Positions 20,639-29,761 of a stretch of 64,000 bases of DNA are shown piece after piece; within the stretch, counting starts at the first letter, position 1, and each line of letters opens with the position of its first letter. A program made the position numbers and the translations under genes. Below the pieces are notes generated by a model that saw nothing but the letters and a program-made list of their open reading frames with translations, was not told where the DNA came from and did no database searches. Origin of the DNA: an uncultured cyanobacterium (GTDB taxonomy: Bacteria; Cyanobacteriota; Cyanobacteriia; CAKZMO01); assembly GCA_963719515.1 (NCBI GenBank), contig CAVRCJ010000005.1:1-64000 (forward strand), read 5' to 3'.

Positions 20639-22004
20639 TTGACGCTCTCCCCCTGACCCTTGCGGGTACAGACGGAGATTCCTAGATTGCAGGGGAGGCA
20701 ATCGTTAACCCCTAGCTAGGCATCACCACGGCACGTCCTGCCGCTGTACATCCGCGCTGCATCACTACCTGAGCAGCAGCTACATCTCGATTTGTTATGT
20801 AACCGCATTCAGGGCAATGATGCACACGCTCTGAGAGTTGTTTTTTGCCCGTCACTGTTTGACAACTTGGGCAAGTCTGGCTGGTTAGATTGGCGTCCAC
20901 TTCGGCATAAAATACGCCGCGCTTCCAACACACCCACTTGAGAATGCGCAGAAACTCACCATGAGCAGCATCAAGGGTGTGCTTTGAAAACATTCCTCTA
21001 GCCCACGTCTCGAAGTTCAGCTTCTCAGCAAACACCATGCCGACGCCATCGCAAAGCCGGTGGCCCAGCTTATAAAACCAGTTCTGCCGACAGTTGCCAA
21101 TGTGTTCATGCAGATTCGCAACCCTCACCTGTGCTTTGCGCCAGTTGTTCGATCCTTTGACTTTATGACTCGCTCGTTGTTGCAGCAATTTCAGCTTGCG
21201 TTGGAGATTCACAAAGAACTTAGGGGACTTGACTAGCTCACCGTCAGAAGTTGCAAGATAGCTCTCTAGCCCAACATCGATACCGAGCGCCCTTCCGTGC
21301 GGCTGGGCCTCCGGTACTTCGATGTCAGATTGCAATGTCAGCATCACATACCAGCCTGACGCTTTGCTGACCACCTGAGCCTGTTTCAAAACAAAGCCGT
21401 CAGGAATAAGTCTCGACAACCGCATTCGCACCCACCCTATACCCGGCAGCTTGATACGATCCTCCTTGAGAGGATTTACGCCAAGCTGAGGGAATAGCAG
21501 CGACCTCAGCCGGCCCTGTTTTTTGAACCGGGGGAAGCCGCGATTTTGCTCCCACATTGAGACAAACGCTTTTTCCAGTCGCCTCAACACCTGCTGGAGC
21601 ATTTGAGCATTAGCAGCTTTCAACTCTGGGATTTTCTTGCGAGCTTGAGTTAGCGCTTTGCACTGACTGGCAAACGTGGGCCTAGGCGCGTCAGCAGGGA
21701 TGATGTACTCACCGCGCAATAAGCAACTATCTATCTTGCATGACCTAGAGCGATACCAGTCTTTGCGCTCAGCTAAGGCATAGTTCCATACCCCACGAGA
21801 GGCTTCTAGCCACTTCTCGTACCGCTGAATCTGCTCCTTGCTGGGGCGCAGTCGATACTGATACGTCAGGTTTAGCATGAGTACATCATAACAAATCTAA
21901 AAATAGATGCAGCGCTTTTTAGGAATTGCTCGCTTGTCGCTCACTTGCCGCTTCACCACCCCCCATGCCTGCGGCTATGGGCGGAGCACTGCGGCAATCT
22001 CTAG
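20639..22004 (-). mobile_element. IS200/IS605-family (IS1341-like, tnpB-only) element
   Basis: Right end has GAAT plus a hairpin and ends in TCAA (20639). Left-end hairpin at ~21946-21990; the boundary after CTAC is inferred. Confidence 0.8.
20712..21878 (-). CDS. tnpB: RNA-guided endonuclease TnpB
   Basis: YQYRLRPS, GFPRFKK, RuvC GIDVG / FAEKL / NRDVAAA, Zn finger CPSC...CPEC. Confidence 0.95.
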   Translation of the reverse strand: MLNLTYQYRLRPSKEQIQRYEKWLEASRGVWNYALAERKDWYRSRSCKIDSCLLRGEYIIPADAPRPTFASQCKALTQARKKIPELKAANAQMLQQVLRRLEKAFVSMWEQNRGFPRFKKQGRLRSLLFPQLGVNPLKEDRIKLPGIGWVRMRLSRLIPDGFVLKQAQVVSKASGWYVMLTLQSDIEVPEAQPHGRALGIDVGLESYLATSDGELVKSPKFFVNLQRKLKLLQQRASHKVKGSNNWRKAQVRVANLHEHIGNCRQNWFYKLGHRLCDGVGMVFAEKLNFETWARGMFSKHTLDAAHGEFLRILKWVCWKRGVFYAEVDANLTSQTCPSCQTVTGKKQLSERVHHCPECGYITNRDVAAAQVVMQRGCTAAGRAVVMPS

Positions 22005-22014
22005 GTAGCAGAGG

Positions 22015-22917
22015 CTAGGGCTGCTGCCCCGCGTGGTATGAGCTGCGCACCAGCGGCCCTGACCGTACGTGAGAAAACCCTAACTGACGCGCCTCCGTCC
22101 CTAGCGCTTCGAACTCCTCCGGAGTCCAATATTTTCGCACCGGCAAGTGGGCCAGGGAAGGCCGCATATACTGCCCTAGCGTGAGGCGATCGCACGCTAC
22201 CGCTCGTAAGTCCCGCAGCGTCTCTAGAATTTCCTCTCGCGTTTCCCCATGTCCCAGCATCAGCCCAGACTTGGTGGGGATACTGGGGTTGAGCGTCTTG
22301 ACCCGCTCTAGAACCCGCAGCGATCGCCCGTAGGTTGCGCCCCGGCGCACTGGCCCTTGGAGGCGCTTCACCGTCTCGACGTTGTGGTTATAGCAGGCGG
22401 GCCGGGCGGCCACCACTGCCGCTACGCGATCGCCCTGCCGGGCATCCGCTTCCTTACCGCTCCAAAAGTCAGGAGTCAGCACCTCAATTTGGGTTTGGGG
22501 GGTACGCCGCCGGATTGTCGCCATAGTCTCCACAAAAATGCTCGCCCCACCGTCGGGCAGGTCGTCGCGCGCAACTGAAGTCAGCACCACGTAGGCGAGG
22601 CCCAAGGCTTTGACCGACTCCGCCACCTTCTCCGCTTCACGGGGATCTAGCGGCATCGGGGCGCGATGCTTGTCCACCTGGCAAAAGGCACAGGCGCGGG
22701 TGCAGATCGGTCCCATGAGCAGAAACGTCGCCGTGCGGTTGGCATAGCATTCGGCCCGGTTAGGGCAGCGGCCCTCTTCACAAATAGTGTGAATGCCGCG
22801 CCGCTTTACCACCTGCTGCACCGGCGATAGGTCACTGGCTTTGCCGACAGGGCGGCGTAGCCAAGAGGGCAGACGCTCAGGGCGGGGTGATGGGGCGGGA
22901 AAAGCGGGGGGAACCAT
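22015..22917 (-). CDS. lipA: Lipoyl synthase
   Basis: [27 protein letters not shown]. Confidence 0.96.
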   Translation of the reverse strand: MVPPAFPAPSPRPERLPSWLRRPVGKASDLSPVQQVVKRRGIHTICEEGRCPNRAECYANRTATFLLMGPICTRACAFCQVDKHRAPMPLDPREAEKVAESVKALGLAYVVLTSVARDDLPDGGASIFVETMATIRRRTPQTQIEVLTPDFWSGKEADARQGDRVAAVVAARPACYNHNVETVKRLQGPVRRGATYGRSLRVLERVKTLNPSIPTKSGLMLGHGETREEILETLRDLRAVACDRLTLGQYMRPSLAHLPVRKYWTPEEFEALGTEARQLGFSHVRSGPLVRSSYHAGQQP

Positions 22918-23082
22918 AATCTCAAGGCTGATAAAACCGGGGCTTTGGGGTTGAAGGCGATCGCTTGGCGCGGCGTCGGTCTGGGCGATACACTTTGTCT
23001 ATAACGCTGGACACCGCGATCGAGTCCACCAAAGGCTACACTAGTTCATGCTAATGCACCGGCTTTAGTGTTGCACTTGAAT

Positions 23083-23478
23083 TTAGCGACTAGACGAGAA
23101 GCCCCGCGCTCTACCCGTCAGGGTGAGCGTCGGGATGAGAGTCGCGCTAGCCGAAGTGCGCCCGCAAAATGATGCACAGCGGATAGTGCGCTCAGCGCTG
23201 AGGCTAGCAGTTGGTATGATAGAGATAGCAAGGTGATACACCCCGCAAAGAGTGTGACGGGCCCGTAGGCGAAAGCTGCAAGTCACCCGTTCCTCAGTTT
23301 GCAAATGTATCTGCGACACATAGTGCGTATCCTCCCTCGCGGAGATGAAAATTCAAAACTCTGCCGTGGGGCATCAGGCGGAGTATAAACCTATCTCAGG
23401 ATATGTCTCGGCAATAGCTGGGAGTCACTGAGGAAGCCCGCGCTGTACAGCTTGCTGTCAGCGTCGGGAGGATGTCAC
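23083..23478 (+). mobile_element. 396-bp non-autonomous IS605-derived element, copy 1 (includes the putative TTAG target)
   Basis: About 4 mismatches to the reverse complement of 56237-56632; subterminal hairpins at both ends; ends in TCAC. Confidence 0.88.
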
Positions 23479-23506
23479 TCCCCATTTATTGACAGAGGAG
23501 TCTACT

Positions 23507-24034
23507 GTGGCAACTCACAAAATCTTGGTTATCGACGACAGCAGAGTCATTCGCAACATGGTGCGAGACATGTTGCCTAAGGGTAACTTTCAGGTCTTGG
23601 AAGCGAAGGACGGCATTGAGGGGCTAAACGCAATTCAGCAGGAGCAGCCGAACTTGATCATGCTCGACTTCTTACTGCCCCGCATGAGCGGCTGGGACGT
23701 GTTTCAAACTATTCAAGAGCAGCCCAGCCTACAGAAAATTCCTTTGGTCTTGATGTCGGGGCGGCGCGAAGAGGTGACCGAGAAGATCTCTGAGCCGTTT
23801 GAGTATTTCGAGTTTATTGAGAAGCCTTTCGAGCAGCGGGATCTGATTGGGGCCATCAAGTCAGCCATGATGAAGGCGAAGCTGCCTCGTCAGGCAGCAG
23901 TCTCTAGTGCAGGCGGCGCAGATTCAGAAGTGCAGGCCCTGAAGCAGCGAATAGACTCTCTAGAGACGGAAATGGCGACGGTAAAGCGACAGATAGTTCA
24001 GCTGGTGACGTTCATCAAGCAAAAGCTGAAGTAG
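23507..24034 (+). CDS. CheY-like response regulator with C-terminal coiled coil
   Basis: ILVIDDS, MLDFLLP, EKPF; GTG start with GAGGAG RBS. Confidence 0.9.
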   Translation: MATHKILVIDDSRVIRNMVRDMLPKGNFQVLEAKDGIEGLNAIQQEQPNLIMLDFLLPRMSGWDVFQTIQEQPSLQKIPLVLMSGRREEVTEKISEPFEYFEFIEKPFEQRDLIGAIKSAMMKAKLPRQAAVSSAGGADSEVQALKQRIDSLETEMATVKRQIVQLVTFIKQKLK

Positions 24035-24057
24035 GGCCGAGACCTGGGCTCTATCGG

Positions 24058-24654
24058 CTACGCGTCTAGTTCCCGTCGACCTTCTAAAGCTCGCGCTAGG
24101 GTAACCTCGTCTGCATACTCTAAGTCTCCGCCCATGGGCAGCCCAAACGCGATGCGCGTTACCTTCGTGAACGGTTTTAGCAGCTGCCCCACGTAAAGCG
24201 TTGTGGTTTCTCCCTCGACGCTGGGGTTGACGGCCAAAATCACCTCTTCCACATCCTGCAGGCTTACTCGTCGCACCAGCTGCGATACCGTGAGCTGCTC
24301 TGGACCGATCCCCTCCATGGGGGAAATCAGGCCGCCCAACACGTGGTAGAGGCCCTTATATTCCTGCGTCTTTTCTAGGGCAATGACGTCCCGTGAGTCA
24401 GACACTACGCAAATCGTGGCCTTATCACGATTGGTGGCCCGACAGATGTCGCAGATCGGATCTGCTGAGAGGTGAAAACAGCGAGAGCACACCCCCACCT
24501 GAGCCTTGGCGTCAAGCAGCGCCTGGGCCAGCGCCTCGACTTCGCCATCAGGGCGTTTGATGAGATGAAGAGCGAGGCGTTGTGCGGTTTTGGGACCAAC
24601 CCCCGGCAGCCGCTGCAGCTGCTCAATTAAGCGGGCTAAAGGACGAGTATAAAC
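24058..24654 (-). CDS. recR: Recombination mediator RecR (non-canonical GTT start)
   Basis: [29 protein letters not shown]4 Zn finger, TOPRIM EGETT, LEYAD. Confidence 0.93.
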   Translation of the reverse strand, partial: VYTRPLARLIEQLQRLPGVGPKTAQRLALHLIKRPDGEVEALAQALLDAKAQVGVCSRCFHLSADPICDICRATNRDKATICVVSDSRDVIALEKTQEYKGLYHVLGGLISPMEGIGPEQLTVSQLVRRVSLQDVEEVILAVNPSVEGETTTLYVGQLLKPFTKVTRIAFGLPMGGDLEYADEVTLARALEGRRELDA

Positions 24655-24779
24655 TGCGGGTCTCCTGGATAATCCTGTCGTCTAAATTGTGATACAAAAC
24701 GGCTTGCTTTATTATTGCGCGTTGAGTCCCGTTCAGGCGAGGTCAGCCGGTTTGAGCGGTCTACTTGGAGCTATCAAAG

Positions 24780-25295
24780 CTAGATTGCGACCTGCTGAGT
24801 GCTGGTGGGCACAAACTCTAGCGCTGCTCCGTTGATGCAGTAGCGCTTGCCGGTGGGCTGAGGGCCGTCGTTGAACACATGGCCCAAATGCCCCCCACAG
24901 CGATCGCAGTGGACTTCGGTGCGCGTCATGAGCATAGAGCGATCGACGGCGGTGCCGATGCCGCCCTCAATCGGGGCGTAGAAGCTCGGCCAGCCCGTGC
25001 CGCTGTCGAACTTGGTTTCTGACGGGAAAACAGGGTTTCCGCAGCCGGCACAGGTGTAGGTGCCCGCTTCGTGATTGTGGTTTAGGGGGCTGGTGCCGGC
25101 CCGCTCAGTGCCATGCTGCCGTAGAACTCGGAACTGCTGGGGCGTCAAGAGTTCTCGCCACTCCTCTTCAGTTCGCATGATCTCGAAATTGCTGTCGTTA
25201 GAAGCCGTCGCAGTGTTGGCTTTTACGAGTAGAGTCAAGGCACTGGTGCCCAGCAGCAGTCCACCAGCTTGGAGAAGCGATCGCCGATTCATCAT
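24780..25295 (-). CDS. msrB: Peptide-methionine (R)-S-oxide reductase with Tat signal
   Basis: NRRSLL twin-arginine signal; KFDSGTGWPSF, HLGHVF, RYCING. Confidence 0.95.
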   Translation of the reverse strand: MMNRRSLLQAGGLLLGTSALTLLVKANTATASNDSNFEIMRTEEEWRELLTPQQFRVLRQHGTERAGTSPLNHNHEAGTYTCAGCGNPVFPSETKFDSGTGWPSFYAPIEGGIGTAVDRSMLMTRTEVHCDRCGGHLGHVFNDGPQPTGKRYCINGAALEFVPTSTQQVAI

Positions 25296-25405
25296 GGTGT
25301 TGAAGCGTAAACTATTTCAGCTACTTAATATATATTGTCTAGCTTAACGCGAGATGATGGGGCGCTGAGCGCTGAGATAGTCCAGTTTTGGAAAGCGGCG
25401 GTCGG

Positions 25406-25894
25406 TCATGGCTCACCGTTGCGGAACACGCTGAACCCGTAATAGCAGGGGCCAACGTCGCAGCTGTACATGGTCACCTCAATTTGCTGCCTTTCCGCCT
25501 TGGGGCTAGCCGTCAGAATCGGGTAGGCGTTTGACTCGGTGTCTCGCGCTGCCTCGCTGCCCAACTCATAAAAGATGAGATCTAAGTCGGTACAGTCTGA
25601 ATCACACACCGCTGTAATCACATAGTCGTACCCCACCTCAAGCTCTAAGTCCCACTGGTGCGACTCTGTCTCATCTAGACCCCTGGTGTCGACGCGGCGA
25701 TCGACTTGCACATAGCCCTGCTGGGCTAACACCGACTGGGCGTCGTCGAGCTGATGGACAACCTGTAGCTGAAACTCATTCATGTCTTGCGGCGATTGCT
25801 GCGCGCCTGCAGGGCTAGGGACAGCGGCAGTGGCCACTAACCCGCCAGCGGCGATCCGCATCATAGCTAGCGCTATACCCATTAAGCTCTCCAT
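25406..25894 (-). CDS. Exported hypothetical protein
   Basis: Signal-like N-terminus; CDSDCTDLDL and MYSCDVGPCYY motifs. Confidence 0.7.
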   Translation of the reverse strand: MESLMGIALAMMRIAAGGLVATAAVPSPAGAQQSPQDMNEFQLQVVHQLDDAQSVLAQQGYVQVDRRVDTRGLDETESHQWDLELEVGYDYVITAVCDSDCTDLDLIFYELGSEAARDTESNAYPILTASPKAERQQIEVTMYSCDVGPCYYGFSVFRNGEP

Positions 25895-25983
25895 AAAATG
25901 CAGTAAGGCCTCCAGTTGCTGGAAGCCTTACACACGAGTCTTTACAGATCTAGAACTCGAAATCAGGATAATCGGTGTTGGCT

Positions 25984-26103
25984 TTAGCCAGCGGAACCGA
26001 CCCCTGAGTACGCACCGTAGAAAAACAGACCGAGGACCGCTAGAGCACCGAGCCCTGCAATTGTTGCTACGATCCAAAGGGGGATTTTGCCGCTTTGAGC
26101 CAT
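25984..26103 (-). CDS. psbJ: Photosystem II PsbJ
   Basis: [39 protein letters not shown]. Confidence 0.95.
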   Translation of the reverse strand: MAQSGKIPLWIVATIAGLGALAVLGLFFYGAYSGVGSAG

Positions 26104-26143
26104 GTCTTGGTCTCCTAAAGTAGGGTTATAGCAAGCCGATAAG

Positions 26144-26269
26144 TTAGTTGAAGAAGTAGCTAGAGAATAGAATTCCAAGCACAAAAATGAGCAGCAGCCC
26201 TAGATAAAGCGACGTACGGTTTAGCTCAACCGGCTGCCTGTTGTTGTTTTGATTTCTGTCCAATGCCAT
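26144..26269 (-). CDS. psbL: Photosystem II PsbL
   Basis: [41 protein letters not shown] (translated by hand). Confidence 0.95.
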   Translation of the reverse strand: MALDRNQNNNRQPVELNRTSLYLGLLLIFVLGILFSSYFFN

Positions 26270-26281
26270 GGTGTATGAATC

Positions 26282-26413
26282 CTAACGCTGAATGAACTGC
26301 ATGGCCGCGATCGCGCCCACAAAGAATACCGAGGGAACCGCTAGCGTGTGAATCGCCAACCAGCGCACGGTGAAAATAGGGTAAGTAATGGGTTGATTCG
26401 GGCTTTGAGTCAT
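26282..26413 (-). CDS. psbF: Cytochrome b559 beta subunit
   Basis: [43 protein letters not shown] (translated by hand). Confidence 0.97.
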   Translation of the reverse strand: MTQSPNQPITYPIFTVRWLAIHTLAVPSVFFVGAIAAMQFIQR

Positions 26414-26466
26414 GACTTATGCAAACCTTTTTGGATACAACAGTTTTGGGCAACAGCTTTAAGCAG

Positions 26467-26715
26467 CTATCGATCATTGAAGTCTTTGATCTGCTGCTTC
26501 GCATTTAGGCGATCGCTGACGATGGGAATTTCCTGACGCTCTTGAGTAAAGTACTCGTCAGGCCTTGGCGTACCAAAGGCGTCATAGGCGAGCCCGGTAC
26601 TTACAAACAGCCAGCCAGCAATGAATAACGCCGGAATCGTGATGCTGTGGATCACCCAGTAGCGGACGCTTGTAATAATGTCTGAAAATGGACGTTCACC
26701 AGTAGTACCAGCCAT
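26467..26715 (-). CDS. psbE: Cytochrome b559 alpha subunit
   Basis: [26 protein letters not shown]. Confidence 0.98.
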   Translation of the reverse strand: MAGTTGERPFSDIITSVRYWVIHSITIPALFIAGWLFVSTGLAYDAFGTPRPDEYFTQERQEIPIVSDRLNAKQQIKDFNDR

Positions 26716-26795
26716 CTATGTCTTCTCCCAGTTGGTATTATTAATACGCTTAATAAACATGATACGAGAGTCCGGAGATCGCAACAAGATCAAGC

Positions 26796-27827
26796 CTAAG
26801 CTGTTTCAGCTTCTCCCGCGTATCGAAGCAACGTGTTGCCTTGCCCTAAAATAAAGCCCTGCTCTGGATTGAGGAACACAATCTTGTACAGGTTCGAGGG
26901 AACGTTTTCAACCGCCCTATCTTTGAGCCAGGTCTTGCCGCCGTCGGTACTGCGCAGCAGGTTGCCGCTTCCCCCAGAAATCCATATCTCACCGGGGGTT
27001 CGGTAGGCCAGATCCAGGAGCCCCCAGCTTGTGGAAAATTCGGGGGCGATCGCCTCACTCCAATCTTCTAGAGTGTCAGACTCGCTAAAGCGCACCAGAC
27101 CGCCTCGCGCCAGCAGCCACAGCCTCCCGTCTCGGCCAAAGCCCATGTTCTGCAGTCGGCGAGAGCTCTCGCGGTTGTGCTGCTCCCAGGCGGCCTGCCC
27201 CGGCTTCCAAGTAGAGTAAAAGTTGCCCCGCGCAGAAACGGTGACATACTCACCGTTGGGAGAGCGGGAAATGTTGCGATAGACCCCCACCGCCTGGGCC
27301 ACCATGGCTTTCCAGTGGTAGCCACCGTCTTCAGTGCGGTAGATGGCTCCTACATCAGTCGTCATCTCCGCCTGGTCAGGGCCAAGGGCAGTAATCGTGC
27401 TGGTAACGCCGGGGAGCTTGTCGCTTAGGGGAACCCTCGACCAGGATTGCCCCCCGTCCTTGGTGTGCAGCAGCAGGCTGGGCTCTCCTACAATCCAGCC
27501 GTCGCTGCCGTCAAAGCTCACTGAGTTGAGGTTGTAGACCTGCTCATCGTCAAGATCTAGCGCTACAGGTTCCCAAGTACGCCCGCCGTCCAGGGTTTCC
27601 AGCAGCGTAGTTTGCTTACCGACCATCCAGCCATGCTGATTGTCGATGAAGCCGACGTCTAGCATGGTTGACTCTACCGGCAGGGTAACCACCTCCCAAG
27701 GAGGATTCTCCAAGGAGTCGAGATAGGCATTGCCGCAGCCGCTGCAAAAGAGAATAACGGCAAAGAGCACCACTGCCTGGCGCAGGGGCTTGAGGATAGA
27801 CGACGGAAACCGTAAATGAAATAGCAT
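26796..27827 (-). CDS. ycf48: PSII assembly factor Ycf48/HCF136
   Basis: BNR repeats (TxDGGxxW), [15 protein letters not shown]; directly upstream of psbE. Confidence 0.95.
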   Translation of the reverse strand: MLFHLRFPSSILKPLRQAVVLFAVILFCSGCGNAYLDSLENPPWEVVTLPVESTMLDVGFIDNQHGWMVGKQTTLLETLDGGRTWEPVALDLDDEQVYNLNSVSFDGSDGWIVGEPSLLLHTKDGGQSWSRVPLSDKLPGVTSTITALGPDQAEMTTDVGAIYRTEDGGYHWKAMVAQAVGVYRNISRSPNGEYVTVSARGNFYSTWKPGQAAWEQHNRESSRRLQNMGFGRDGRLWLLARGGLVRFSESDTLEDWSEAIAPEFSTSWGLLDLAYRTPGEIWISGGSGNLLRSTDGGKTWLKDRAVENVPSNLYKIVFLNPEQGFILGQGNTLLRYAGEAETA

Positions 27828-27895
27828 CGTAAGCCTGGAGCTAAATAAAGGAAAAATCTAAAAGTAAGTCTTCAAAGGCGCAGCGCGCCTGCAGT

Positions 27896-28270
27896 CTATT
27901 TGAGGCCGTACAAACTGAGAAAGAACAAGAATCCTACGAACAGCCCCCCAAAAATGAGAATATTTTTTTGTCCCGGCGTCAAAGTATTGACCCCAAATCC
28001 GTAGCTCAGATTTTCCTTGAAGCCAGAGGGGTTCCCTAAGGGACCAACATTGCTGAACTGCAGCTTCGAGGCTCCGCACACTGGGCAGCGCCAGCTCTCG
28101 TCAAGGGTCTCAAACCGGGTTCCCGGTGCGGTTTTACCGTCACCCTTTAAGGGCTCGTAGGTGTAGCCACAGGCCCGGCATTCGTAGCGGTCTAGTTCAG
28201 GTTCGTCTGGGGGCGTTGCCTCAAGGGATGGGTTAGGCTCAGTGTTACTGTCAGTTGCCTCAGTGCTCAT
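27896..28270 (-). CDS. rubA: Membrane-anchored rubredoxin
   Basis: CRACGYTYEP...WRCPVC, C-terminal TM helix; operon context. Confidence 0.93.
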   Translation of the reverse strand: MSTEATDSNTEPNPSLEATPPDEPELDRYECRACGYTYEPLKGDGKTAPGTRFETLDESWRCPVCGASKLQFSNVGPLGNPSGFKENLSYGFGVNTLTPGQKNILIFGGLFVGFLFFLSLYGLK

Positions 28271-28429
28271 GGTGCTGCCTCCTGTTCGTACCGTTTGACA
28301 TCCCGATTAAACAAGCCTGATAGATCGGTAGGATAGGCCCGCTGAATCGGCCAACCTTAAAAACTGTTACATATTATGACATAGTCAGCTACCCTTCACG
28401 CGACGAATCCCTCAATCGATCGATAAGCT

Positions 28430-29170
28430 ATGGGAGTTACTGAGAGTCAGGCTACTGAGGGTCAGCCGCGCAGCCTTTACAACAGCGGCCACGTCATCAA
28501 GGGGCTGGCCGCAGGGCTGATGGTTATTGACCACGTCGGGGCAGTCTTTTTTCCGCAGGCCTCGCTGCTTCGCTATGTAGGACGGCTGAGTTTTCCGCTG
28601 TTCAGCTGGCTCCTGGCTCAGGGAGAGCAGCGCACTCGGCAAGTGTATCGCTACGGATTGAGACTGTTTGCCTTTGGGGTAATCACTCAGCCCATCTACA
28701 GCGCCCTCTTCAACCCAGGGCAACTCGATAACCTGGCCCAGCTAAACGTTTTGTTTACGCTGCTTCTAGGGCTAGTGACGCTGCGGCTAGGCCGGAGGCA
28801 CCCCCAGGTGAAGTACCTCATCTGGGTCTTGGGGGTGCTGGTTGCGGCGCTGATTCCTATGGACGGCGGCGGATACGGCGTTGCTATGATACTGTTACTG
28901 TCTTACCCGATCACGCTGAGGTGGTGGGGGCCCTGGATAGCGCTACATGGGGTATTGGCTGCGTCTGGCGAAGTGCTGATGATGCAGCTCTGGGCCATTC
29001 CAGCGCCCCTAATCATTACGCTAACGTCGACCAAAGCTCAAAGCCCCGCCCCGGAACGCGATCGCCCTTCTCCACCAGCCTTTGGGCGCAGGCCAAAAAT
29101 CCGCTGGTTTTACTGGTTTTACCCCGGACACCTGCTAGCCCTGTGGCTGATTCGTTTACTGCTTACCTAA
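28430..29170 (+). CDS. TraX-family membrane protein
   Basis: IKGLAAGLMVIDH, GRLSFPLF, LNVLFTL, FYWFYPGHL. Confidence 0.82.
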   Translation: MGVTESQATEGQPRSLYNSGHVIKGLAAGLMVIDHVGAVFFPQASLLRYVGRLSFPLFSWLLAQGEQRTRQVYRYGLRLFAFGVITQPIYSALFNPGQLDNLAQLNVLFTLLLGLVTLRLGRRHPQVKYLIWVLGVLVAALIPMDGGGYGVAMILLLSYPITLRWWGPWIALHGVLAASGEVLMMQLWAIPAPLIITLTSTKAQSPAPERDRPSPPAFGRRPKIRWFYWFYPGHLLALWLIRLLLT

Positions 29171-29219
29171 GGGCGGCAGCGCCCGGTTACTCCCGCTCAA
29201 CATCGGACCCCCCAATGCC

Positions 29220-29624
29220 ATGAAAAAGCGCGTCACGCTCACCTTTCCTAAGCAGTCCGTACGCATGCCCGTCACCTACCGACTGGCCAAAGACTTCAAC
29301 GTCGCCGCCAACATCATTCGCGCCCAGGTCACCCCCAATCAAATCGGCACGCTAGTGGTTGAGCTGCAGGGCGACATCGATCAAATCGAGGCTGCCATTG
29401 AATGGATGGAAGACACGGGCGTCAAAACCTCGTTAAAGCAGGGGGAAATTATTATTGACGGGGCCGCCTGCGTCCACTGCGGTTTGTGTACTGGAGTCTG
29501 TCCGACCGAGTCGCTCAAGCTGCACCCAGAGACCTTTGAGCTAGTGTTTACGCAAAGCTCCTGCATCGTTTGCGAACAGTGCGTGCCCACCTGTCCCGTA
29601 AACGCGATTTCGACCAGTCTTTAA
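29220..29624 (+). CDS. NIL domain + 2x[4Fe-4S] ferredoxin protein
   Basis: CVHCGLCTGVCP and CIVCEQCVPTCP. Confidence 0.9.
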   Translation: MKKRVTLTFPKQSVRMPVTYRLAKDFNVAANIIRAQVTPNQIGTLVVELQGDIDQIEAAIEWMEDTGVKTSLKQGEIIIDGAACVHCGLCTGVCPTESLKLHPETFELVFTQSSCIVCEQCVPTCPVNAISTSL

Positions 29625-29761
29625 GTCGCTCTTGCTGAATCGATTGGTCTTCTTCGCCGCACCAGATTACCGGCAGTAGGCTACAATCCCTGATGATCTA
29701 GTCCCGACCTAGACAACGGGGTTGAGCAAGGTCCATTTCAGTTCAGTTATAGAGCGGACTC

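Noticed and set aside
23225..23300. c-di-GMP-I riboswitch in the mini-element
   Set aside because: GNRA loops are present, but the conserved GEMM core could not be matched by eye.
23083..23319. 78-aa ORFs at 23083-23319(-) and 56396-56632(+) as a duplicated protein gene
   Set aside because: They run antisense through the hairpin left end of the repeated element and have no recognisable domain; their identity simply reflects the repeat.
28430..29170. TraX as evidence of a conjugative element
   Set aside because: No other tra, relaxase or T4SS genes are present.
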